Of a DNA stretch of 64,000 nucleotides, positions 55,030 to 64,000 are shown piece by piece (positions within the stretch are counted from its first letter, which is position 1; the number at the start of each line of letters is the position of its first letter). This stretch comes from Alphaproteobacteria bacterium (GTDB taxonomy: Bacteria; Pseudomonadota; Alphaproteobacteria; GCA-2746255). A model generated the notes under the pieces. The model made no database searches. It was not told the origin of the DNA and saw nothing but the letters and a program-made list of their open reading frames with translations. Location: NCBI GenBank assembly GCA_965249135.1, contig OZ252220.1, positions 1,568,001-1,632,000 on the forward strand, given 5' to 3'. Made by a program: the position numbers and the translations under genes.

Positions 55030-55223
55030 GCCGGCTTCTTTCCGCGCCACGGGAATCGCCGCCGGAAGCCCTTGGGACTTTCGAGATCGAGGCCCTTCGG
55101 GCGGCGGTGATCGCCGCCCTTTTCGGCGCCTTCCTCCTGTTCGGGGTGGGGTTCGCCCATTCGGACCGCTTGCACGCCGAGGCGCACGACACGCGCCACG
55201 CCTTCACCTTCCCCTGTCACTAA
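55026..55223 (+). CDS. cbtB: Cobalt transporter subunit CbtB
   Basis: One TM segment then GFAH...H..AHDTRH...FPCH. Confidence 0.88.
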   Translation: MSRLLSAPRESPPEALGTFEIEALRAAVIAALFGAFLLFGVGFAHSDRLHAEAHDTRHAFTFPCH

Positions 55224-55233
55224 ATCACCCGCC

Positions 55234-55872
55234 ATGCTTGTCCGCGTGATTACGGCCGCCATGCTTGCCGGCCTCATCGCGGGCACGCTCGTCTCCGTGC
55301 TCCAGTTCCGATTCGTCCAGCCGCTCATCCTCGAGGCCGAGACCCACGAGCATGCCGCCCACGATCCTAACGGCGAAGAGAAAGCAAATCCCCGGCAACG
55401 AACGGTGCTCACCGTGATCGCCAACCTTCTCGCCGGCGTTGCCTTCGCCCTTCTTTTGAACGCGGCGCTGGTGCTTGCGAAGGATAAGGGATGGCGGGCG
55501 GGTGCCTTCTGGGGTCTTGGAGGGTACGTGGCGTTCGCGCTTGCGCCTTCGATCGGGCTGCCGCCCGAACTGCCGGGTGCGGTCGTGACAAATCTTTTCG
55601 CGCGTCAGCTTTGGTGGATCGGCACGGCGGTGGCGACAATGGCCGGCCTCGTCCTCATCTTACGGATTCGGAAATTGGCTTTCGCGTTCGCCGGCATCCT
55701 TCTTCTTGGGCTTCCCCATCTGATCGGCGCACCGGTCTCGCATGGGCCGGGGGTTGCGCCGGAGGCGTTGATAGGTGCATTCACGCTCGCGAGCCTGCTC
55801 ACGAATCTCGCGTTCTGGGTGGTGCTTGGGCTCTCAAGCGGGCTCCTTCAGGCGCGGCTCGTCCGAAGATAA
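55234..55872 (+). CDS. cbtA: Cobalt transporter subunit CbtA
   Basis: PLILEAE, GLPPELPG, RQLWW, PHLIGAP. Confidence 0.9.
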   Translation: MLVRVITAAMLAGLIAGTLVSVLQFRFVQPLILEAETHEHAAHDPNGEEKANPRQRTVLTVIANLLAGVAFALLLNAALVLAKDKGWRAGAFWGLGGYVAFALAPSIGLPPELPGAVVTNLFARQLWWIGTAVATMAGLVLILRIRKLAFAFAGILLLGLPHLIGAPVSHGPGVAPEALIGAFTLASLLTNLAFWVVLGLSSGLLQARLVRR

Positions 55873-55879
55873 GAGGGAC

Positions 55880-56800
55880 TCAACTTACCGGAAGCGGAAT
55901 GAATTCTTCCTCATCGCCAGGGACGGCATCGAAGCGTCCTTCCTTCCAGTCTTCCTTCGCCTGCTCGATGCGGGCCTCAGAGCTCGAGACGAAATTCCAC
56001 CAGATGAAGCGAGGGCCGTCCATCGGCTCCCCGCCGATGAGCAGGAATCGACTTGACGTGGTTGCCTGGATGGAGACCGCATCGTGGGGGCGCAACACGA
56101 GCAGGCGGTCCCCTGCGAAGGCCTCCCCGCCAATCTCGATCTCGCCCGAAGCGACATAGATCCCACGCTCCTCATGTTCGGCTGGGAAAGATAGGATCGC
56201 ATCGGCCTCGAGGGTCACGTCCGCATAAAGCGTTTCGGAGAAGGTCGCGACCGGCGAGGTCTTTCCGTAAAGCGCGCCCGCGAGAAGGCGCAGCCTTAGA
56301 CCTGCGTCCTCGATCAGGGGAAGCGTCGCCCTTGGATGATGAAAGAAGCCGGGGTCCATCTCCTCCAGAGCTTTGGGGGGGGCGACCCAGGTCTGAATGC
56401 CGGAAAGTGGTGCCGTCTTTGCCCGGGCGTCCGGTGTCGAACGTTCGGAGTGAACGATCCCCCGGCCGGCCGTCATCCAGTTGATGTCACCGGGATGGAT
56501 CACCTGGGCCGAGCCTAAGCTGTCGCGGTGCTGAATCTCGCCTTCGAAGAGGTAGGTGACGGTGGCAAGGCCGATATGTGGATGGGGGCGGACGTCGATG
56601 CCCTGGCCGGGCCCGAGTTCGGCCGGGCCGGCCTGGTCGAGGAAGATGAAGGGGCCGACCGTTCGACGTTTCGCCGACGGCAGCACGCGTCGAACCTCGA
56701 ACCCGCCCAAGTCGCGAGGGCGACCTTGGATCACCTTCTCGAGCCAGTCACAACCTTGCACCTCGCCCGCACTTGGCTCGGCCGAGGGCTGCCAGCTCAC
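55880..56800 (-). CDS. Pirin family protein
   Basis: VRRVLP, GPFIFLD, PHPH.G..TVTYL..G...H.DS.G, MTAG.G..HSE, WNFVS; GTG start overlaps the upstream stop (GTGA). Confidence 0.92.
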   Translation of the reverse strand: MSWQPSAEPSAGEVQGCDWLEKVIQGRPRDLGGFEVRRVLPSAKRRTVGPFIFLDQAGPAELGPGQGIDVRPHPHIGLATVTYLFEGEIQHRDSLGSAQVIHPGDINWMTAGRGIVHSERSTPDARAKTAPLSGIQTWVAPPKALEEMDPGFFHHPRATLPLIEDAGLRLRLLAGALYGKTSPVATFSETLYADVTLEADAILSFPAEHEERGIYVASGEIEIGGEAFAGDRLLVLRPHDAVSIQATTSSRFLLIGGEPMDGPRFIWWNFVSSSEARIEQAKEDWKEGRFDAVPGDEEEFIPLPVS

Positions 56801-57102
56801 GAGGTGACTTCCTCTTCCAGATGCGCGATCTCGCCTTCCGAGAAAAGGTAGGCCTTGAATTCCTTCTCGAAATGGGGGCTCGCACGCCTGAGCCACTCGA
56901 GCGCCATCGTCGCGTGCTCGATTTCTTCGCGCATGTTGTGGAGCAGGATGGCCTTGAGCGCCGGATCGTCGCAGTCGTCGGCTCGCTGACGGTACCAGTC
57001 GACGGCCTCCAATTCCTCGATGACGGATTGGATCGCCTGGTGAAGGGCGATCGTCTCTTTCGTTAACCGCTCGCGCGGGGCGTGCAGGGCTTCGCTGGAC
57101 AT
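56797..57102 (-). CDS. Encapsulin-associated-type ferritin-like protein (EncFtn/Flp) without targeting tail
   Basis: H.A..S..EELEAVDWY.QR, IL.HN..EE.EHA.M.LEWLRR, YLF..G.I, as in Rhodospirillum rubrum EncFtn; SD AAGGAGG. Confidence 0.9.
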   Translation of the reverse strand: MSSEALHAPRERLTKETIALHQAIQSVIEELEAVDWYRQRADDCDDPALKAILLHNMREEIEHATMALEWLRRASPHFEKEFKAYLFSEGEIAHLEEEVTS

Positions 57103-57119
57103 GTTTCCTCCTTAATCTT

Positions 57120-57209
57120 TGGCGGAGGGGGTGGGATTCGAACCCACGGTACCCGCAAAGGCACAACGGTTTTCGAGACCGCCCCGTTCGACCACTCCGG
57201 CACCCCTCC
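57120..57209 (-). tRNA. tRNA-Ser (CGA)
   Basis: Minus strand GGAGGGG...GCGGT-CTCGAAA-ACCGT, long variable arm, GTTCGAATC, CCCCTCC-GCCA; 90 nt. Confidence 0.97.
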
Positions 57210-57270
57210 GGGGCCTGAGCCTAGCCATGCCCGGGCGGCCCCGCAAGCAGGCCAAAACCCCCTCAAACGA

Positions 57271-57298
57271 TTGACAATTCGCGGCTTCGCAGTATATT
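57271..57298 (+). promoter_or_regulatory. Probable sigma70 promoter of rplU-rpmA
   Basis: TTGACA-N16-TATATT about 60 bp upstream of rplU. Confidence 0.6.
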
Positions 57299-57357
57299 TC
57301 CCGCGGCCTCCGGCCCTTCCCTTTAAGGCATAAGTCCAGGCAGAGAGTAGGTTTCCC

Positions 57358-57960
57358 ATGTACGCGGTCATGCGGTCCGGTGGAAAGCAGTATCGGGTCT
57401 CGACGGACGACGTGATCACCGTCGAGCGCCTGCCCGGCAATCCGGGGTCCCTGGTCGAATTCGAGGAAATCCTTATGATTGGGGATGGCAAGGCGGCGAC
57501 GCTGGGGGCGCCGCTTCTCGAAGGCGCGGTGGTGACGGCGACGATCCTCGAGCAGACGCGCGCCGACAAGGTCCTCGTCTTCAAGAAGAAGCGCCGCCAG
57601 GGCTATCGCCGGTTGCACGGGCATCGCCAGGCAGGAACGGTGCTTCGGATCGACGAGGTGTTGCTGCCGGGGGCCGAGCGAAAGCTCCGGAAGGCAAAAC
57701 CGGCTCAAAAGCCGGTCGAGGCGGCACCGGAGAAGAAGGTAGAAGTCAAGCCGGCGGCGAAGAAGAAGGTAGAGGCAAAACAGCCGGAAGCTGCGCCGCA
57801 ACCAGCCGCCAAGAAGCAGGCGGCGCCAAAGAAACCTACGCCTAAGAAGAAACCGGCGGCGAAGAAGCCGGTGCCTAAGAAGAAGCCTGCGGCGAAGAAG
57901 AAGACGACGACGAAAAAGCCTGCGCCTAAGAAGAAGGCGGCGGCGAAGAAGAAGAAGTAA
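57358..57960 (+). CDS. rplU: 50S ribosomal protein L21 with long K/A/P-rich C-terminal tail
   Basis: [19 protein letters not shown]....GHRQ; about 95 extra residues. Confidence 0.96.
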   Translation: MYAVMRSGGKQYRVSTDDVITVERLPGNPGSLVEFEEILMIGDGKAATLGAPLLEGAVVTATILEQTRADKVLVFKKKRRQGYRRLHGHRQAGTVLRIDEVLLPGAERKLRKAKPAQKPVEAAPEKKVEVKPAAKKKVEAKQPEAAPQPAAKKQAAPKKPTPKKKPAAKKPVPKKKPAAKKKTTTKKPAPKKKAAAKKKK

Positions 57961-57971
57961 GGAAGCAAGAC

Positions 57972-58226
57972 ATGGCCCATAAGAAGGCAGGTGGCAGTTC
58001 CCGCAACGGCCGCGATTCGGCGGGACGGCGTCTTGGCCTCAAGAAGTCCGGCGGCCAGATTGTTCTTGCCGGCAACATTCTGGTTCGCCAGCGCGGCACG
58101 AAGTTTCACCCCGGCGAGAATGTCGGCATGGGCAAGGACCACACGATCTTCGCTACCCGCGAGGGTCGCGTGCGCTTTCACGGCAACGGCAGCCGCACCT
58201 ACGTTTCCGTGGAGCCGGTTGGCTAA
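57972..58226 (+). CDS. rpmA: 50S ribosomal protein L27
   Basis: [37 protein letters not shown]. Confidence 0.98.
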   Translation: MAHKKAGGSSRNGRDSAGRRLGLKKSGGQIVLAGNILVRQRGTKFHPGENVGMGKDHTIFATREGRVRFHGNGSRTYVSVEPVG

Positions 58227-58254
58227 CCACGCCCCGCGGGATGCGCACGACCGG

Positions 58255-58282
58255 GGGGAATGGGTTACCATTCCCCTTTTTT
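58255..58282 (+). terminator. Intrinsic terminator after rpmA
   Basis: GGGGAATGG-GTTA-CCATTCCCC followed by T6. Confidence 0.85.
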
Positions 58283-58304
58283 AATGCTGGCGTCCCGCAC
58301 TTGA

Positions 58305-60490
<2,186 letters not shown>

Positions 60491-60509
60491 AGCGAGAGGG
60501 GAAAGCGCT

Positions 60510-61796
60510 TTGAGCGTGGCAAAATCCAAGATGAATGATGCGTTACGGCTTCAGATGCAGAAGCTCGGCGCCGATGCACGCGCAGCCGCCGATGTACTCG
60601 CGCAAGCCTCGACGAAGGCAAAGAACACGGTGCTTCTTGCCGCCGCCGCCGCCCTTCGCGCGGACAAGGCGGCAATCCTGGATGCAAACGCAAAAGACGT
60701 TGCCGAGACGAAAAATAGAGGGAACGCGACCCCTGCCTTCCTCGATCGGCTGACGCTCGACGAGGCGCGCATCGAGGCGATGGCGGATGGCCTCGAGACG
60801 GTGGCCGGCCTGCCGGATCCGGTCGGTCAAGTTCTGGCGGAATGGAAGCGCCCGAACGGGCTTCGCATTCGTCGCGTACGGGTGCCGCTTGGCGTCATCG
60901 GCGTGATTTTCGAAGCCCGCCCGAACGTGACGGCGGACGCCGCCGGACTTTGTCTGAAGGCGGGCAATCCGATCATCCTTCGCCCTGGATCCGAATCCTT
61001 TCACTCGGCCCTTGCCGTGCTTGAGCGACTGCGGCACGGATTAAAGCTTGCCGATCTTCCGGAGACGGCCGTGCAGCTTGTCCCAACCCGTGACCGGGCC
61101 GCCGTCGGCGAGATGCTCCAGATGACGGACAGCATCGACATCATCGTGCCGCGCGGCGGCAAGTCCTTGATTGAACGCGTGATTCGGGAAAGCCAGATCC
61201 AGGTCCTGCGTCACCTCGAGGGCGTTTGCCATGTCTATGTCGATCGGGCGGCCGATCTGGAGAAGGCGCAAAAAATTGCCGTGAATGCGAAGATGCGCCG
61301 TCCCGGTATCTGCGGTGCGATGGAAACGTTGCTGGTCGATGTGGCCGTCGCCGAGCGTTTTCTCCCAGCCGCACTTCAGGAATTGGCGAAGGCAGGCTGC
61401 GAGCTTCGCGGCGATGAGAAGACGCGTGCGATCTATCCGGATGCGAAGGCGGCGACGGAGGAGGACTGGGCGACGGAATATCTGGACGCGATTCTTTCGG
61501 TGCGCGTCGTCGACGGCCTCGATGCCACCATCGCGCATATCAATCGTTACGGATCCCAGCATACGGATTCGATCGTGACGGAGGACGAAGCGGCGGCAAA
61601 AAAATTCCTGGATCGCGTGGACAGCGCCATCGTCATGCAGAACGCCTCGACCCAGTTTGCCGATGGCGGCGAATTCGGAATGGGGGCGGAGATAGGGATT
61701 TCGACCGGCCGGCTGCACGCGCGCGGTCCGGTCGGCGTCGAGCAATTGACCACCTACAAGTATCACGTCCTTGGCGACGGGCAGGTGCGCCCCTGA
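60510..61796 (+). CDS. proA: Gamma-glutamyl phosphate reductase
   Basis: [45 protein letters not shown]. Confidence 0.96.
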   Translation: MSVAKSKMNDALRLQMQKLGADARAAADVLAQASTKAKNTVLLAAAAALRADKAAILDANAKDVAETKNRGNATPAFLDRLTLDEARIEAMADGLETVAGLPDPVGQVLAEWKRPNGLRIRRVRVPLGVIGVIFEARPNVTADAAGLCLKAGNPIILRPGSESFHSALAVLERLRHGLKLADLPETAVQLVPTRDRAAVGEMLQMTDSIDIIVPRGGKSLIERVIRESQIQVLRHLEGVCHVYVDRAADLEKAQKIAVNAKMRRPGICGAMETLLVDVAVAERFLPAALQELAKAGCELRGDEKTRAIYPDAKAATEEDWATEYLDAILSVRVVDGLDATIAHINRYGSQHTDSIVTEDEAAAKKFLDRVDSAIVMQNASTQFADGGEFGMGAEIGISTGRLHARGPVGVEQLTTYKYHVLGDGQVRP

Positions 61797-62464
61797 AGAC
61801 GCGAAACGGAAACGCCGTTCTTCCTCCGACTGCGCGCCGTCCAAACCTGCGCATCGGCCTTCTTGGTGGCTCCTTCAATCCGGCCCATGACGGTCATCGT
61901 CACGTGAGTCTGCTGGCGCTTCGAAACTTGGGCCTGGATGAAATCTGGTGGCTTGTCTCGCCACAGAATCCATTGAAGCCCGAAAAAGGCATGGCGCCGT
62001 TGAGGGAGCGCCTGCGTCAAGCGGAAGGGGTTGCACGCCACCCGCGGATTCGCGTGACCGATCTGGAGTCAAGATTCGAGACCCGCTATACGATCGACAC
62101 GCTGCGTGCCATCCTCAGCACCTTTCCGAGATGCCACTTCGTCTGGCTGATGGGGGCGGATAACCTTGCGCAAATTTCGCTGTGGCGGGACTGGACGGCC
62201 ATTTTCATGACGGTGCCCATTGCGGTTTTCGACCGGCCTTCCTATGCTTTTTCCGCATCGACCGGCCTTGCATCGCAGCGCTATGGACGCTCCTGTCTTC
62301 CGGAACGCTTTGCGAAAAAATTGGTGGACATGAAGCCACCGGCATGGGTGTTTCTCAGGACGGCACTCAATCCGGTTTCGGCGACACGCATTCGTCGGCA
62401 GGGCGTGGGCCGAGGGATGCGCGGTCTTGTCCGTCGGCACGCGATCGGCTCTTTTTGGCGATGA
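61793..62464 (+). CDS. nadD: Nicotinate-nucleotide adenylyltransferase; probable CTG start
   Basis: In frame, upstream of the tracked ORF: [16 protein letters not shown]; then SPQNPLK, YT.DTL, WLMGADN, SATRIR; start coordinate inferred. Confidence 0.88.
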   Translation: MKTRNGNAVLPPTARRPNLRIGLLGGSFNPAHDGHRHVSLLALRNLGLDEIWWLVSPQNPLKPEKGMAPLRERLRQAEGVARHPRIRVTDLESRFETRYTIDTLRAILSTFPRCHFVWLMGADNLAQISLWRDWTAIFMTVPIAVFDRPSYAFSASTGLASQRYGRSCLPERFAKKLVDMKPPAWVFLRTALNPVSATRIRRQGVGRGMRGLVRRHAIGSFWR

Positions 62465-62477
62465 GGGGAGTAACACG

Positions 62478-62864
62478 CTGAGCAAAAAGAAACGGCCCAC
62501 CTCGAAACGGCTTGGGGAGCTGATCCAGGCTTCTCTCGAGGACGACAAGGCGGAAGACCTCGTCGTCATCGATCTTAAAGGAAAATCCGACATTGCCGAC
62601 CGCATGTTGATTGCAAGCGGGCGATCCTCGCGCCAGGTCGTGGCCATGGCCCAACATGTCGTCGAGAAATTGAAGGCGCATGGTTTTACGAGCGTACCGG
62701 TCGAAGGAATCCAGCATGGGGATTGGGTTCTGATTGATGCAGGGGATGCGATCATTCACCTTTTCCGCCCCGAGGTGCGCACGTTTTACAACCTGGAAAA
62801 AATGTGGGGCATGCCGCTGCCGGATTCGAATCCTTCCGCCGATGCGGTCGGCCCTGGGCACTGA
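62478..62864 (+). CDS. rsfS: Ribosome silencing factor; start uncertain (CTG 62478 or TTG 62427)
   Basis: L.D.KAED...IDL, IASG.S.RQV, W.LIDAGD.I.H.F..E.R.FYNLEK.W. Confidence 0.92.
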   Translation: MSKKKRPTSKRLGELIQASLEDDKAEDLVVIDLKGKSDIADRMLIASGRSSRQVVAMAQHVVEKLKAHGFTSVPVEGIQHGDWVLIDAGDAIIHLFRPEVRTFYNLEKMWGMPLPDSNPSADAVGPGH

Positions 62865-62874
62865 CGGGCGTAAG

Positions 62875-63357
62875 GTGGCCTTCGCCATTCGGATCAATGC
62901 TGTCGGGCGTCTTCGCGAAGGACCGGAACGCGCGCTCTTCGAAGTCTATGCCAGGCGGCTTCAATGGCCGATTCGGGTGGAAGAAATCACGCTCAAACCA
63001 AACCTTCCGGCCGTCAGACAAAAGACCGAAGCGACACAAAAACTTCTGGCGCTTGTGCCGGAGGCCGCCGCCGTCATTGTGCTCGATGAAGGGGGAAGCA
63101 CGCTTTCGAGCGCGGATTTTGCGATGCGGATCGGCCGGTGGCGGGACGATGGCAGGGCCGGGCTCTGTTTCCTGATCGGCGGTGCCGAGGGGCTGGGGGA
63201 GGCCGCCCTAGAGAGGGCCGAGTTCGTGCTTTCCCTTGGGTCGATGACCTGGCCGCATCTTCTAGTTCGAGGCCTGCTCGCCGAACAGCTTTACCGGGCG
63301 CAACAAATCCTCAACGGACACCCCTACCACCGGGGCGGAGATGGGCCGAAAGGGTAA
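62875..63357 (+). CDS. rlmH: 23S rRNA pseudouridine-1915 N3-methyltransferase
   Basis: AVGR, LDE.G, F.IGG.EG, SLG.MTWPH.L.R..L.EQLYRA..I..GHPYHR. Confidence 0.94.
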   Translation: MAFAIRINAVGRLREGPERALFEVYARRLQWPIRVEEITLKPNLPAVRQKTEATQKLLALVPEAAAVIVLDEGGSTLSSADFAMRIGRWRDDGRAGLCFLIGGAEGLGEAALERAEFVLSLGSMTWPHLLVRGLLAEQLYRAQQILNGHPYHRGGDGPKG

Positions 63358-63413
63358 GGATACGCCTTCTCCCAGGCTACCGCCGGCCCAAGATTTCCCC
63401 TATATAACCTCCC

Positions 63414-64000
63414 ATGACCGCAGCGAAGGAATGGCATCCCGTCGTGCTCTGCATCCTGGATGGATGGGGGTACCGCGAGGCGCGTGAGATGAATGCGATT
63501 GCGCAGGCCGACACGCCGAACTGGGACCGATTTATGGCGGAATGCCCGCACGCGCTGCTGGCGGCGTCGGAAGACAAGGTGGGACTTCCCATCGGGCAGA
63601 TGGGGAATTCCGAGGTCGGCCACATGAATCTGGGGGCCGGCCGCGTCGTGCTTCAGGATCTGCCCCGGATCGATTCGGCAATCGCCGACGGCACCCTTGC
63701 CAGGAATGCGATCCTCGGGGATTTCATCGCCAGGCTCAAGGAAAGCGGCGGCACCTGCCATCTGATGGGCCTCGTTTCGCCGGGGGGCGTGCATTCCCAT
63801 CAGGCCCACCTCGTCGCTCTCATCCGGCTGCTCGCGACCGCGGGGATCCCGGTCGCGCTCCATGCCTTTCTCGATGGCCGCGATACGCCGCCGCGGAGTG
63901 CGAAAGGGTACATTGAGGCCTTCCTCGCCGAGACGGATGGCACCCCGGGTCTTCGCATCGCATCGCTTATGGGACGCTACTACGCCATGGACCGCGACAA
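63414..64000 (+). CDS. gpmI: 2,3-bisphosphoglycerate-independent phosphoglycerate mutase (5' part, cut by window end)
   Basis: Manual translation: PVVLCILDGWG, VGLP.GQMGNSEVGH.NLGAGR, SPGGVHSH, FLDGRDTPP, GRYYAMDRD. Confidence 0.95.
   Translation, partial: MTAAKEWHPVVLCILDGWGYREAREMNAIAQADTPNWDRFMAECPHALLAASEDKVGLPIGQMGNSEVGHMNLGAGRVVLQDLPRIDSAIADGTLARNAILGDFIARLKESGGTCHLMGLVSPGGVHSHQAHLVALIRLLATAGIPVALHAFLDGRDTPPRSAKGYIEAFLAETDGTPGLRIASLMGRYYAMDRD

Noticed and set aside
55880-57166. 428-aa tracked ORF suggesting a long pirin N-terminal extension
   Set aside because: The extension runs through tRNA-Ser and overlaps the ferritin gene in another frame; GTG at 56800 is the plausible start

Overview
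GC-rich alphaproteobacterial chromosome segment, probably Rhodospirillales-like (inferred from gene order). It spans the probable replication origin between the DUF299/PSRP gene and hemE. It includes the conserved dnaQ-coaE-aroE-maf, hemE-hemH-hemJ-rho and mnmE-mnmG-rsmG-parA-parB blocks (perfect parS inside rsmG), then holA-lptE-leuS, ftsK-lolA-xth and glnK-amtB. A ~16 kb accessory region lies between tRNA-Gly(GCC) and tRNA-Ser(CGA), whose 3' ends both face inward. It holds an AT-rich islet, an acyl-CoA ligase, a complete AmmeMemoRadiSam trio, an amidase plus a cobalt nitrile hydratase operon ending in cbtBA, and an encapsulin-type ferritin. That ferritin has no targeting peptide, no shell gene in the window, and is coupled to a pirin directly behind tRNA-Ser. 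The window ends with rplU (long Lys/Ala/Pro tail), rpmA, obgE, proBA, nadD, rsfS, rlmH and a partial gpmI; nadD and rsfS appear to need CTG starts. No integrase, transposase or CRISPR array was seen. All calls come from motif recognition and synteny by eye; no database searches were run.
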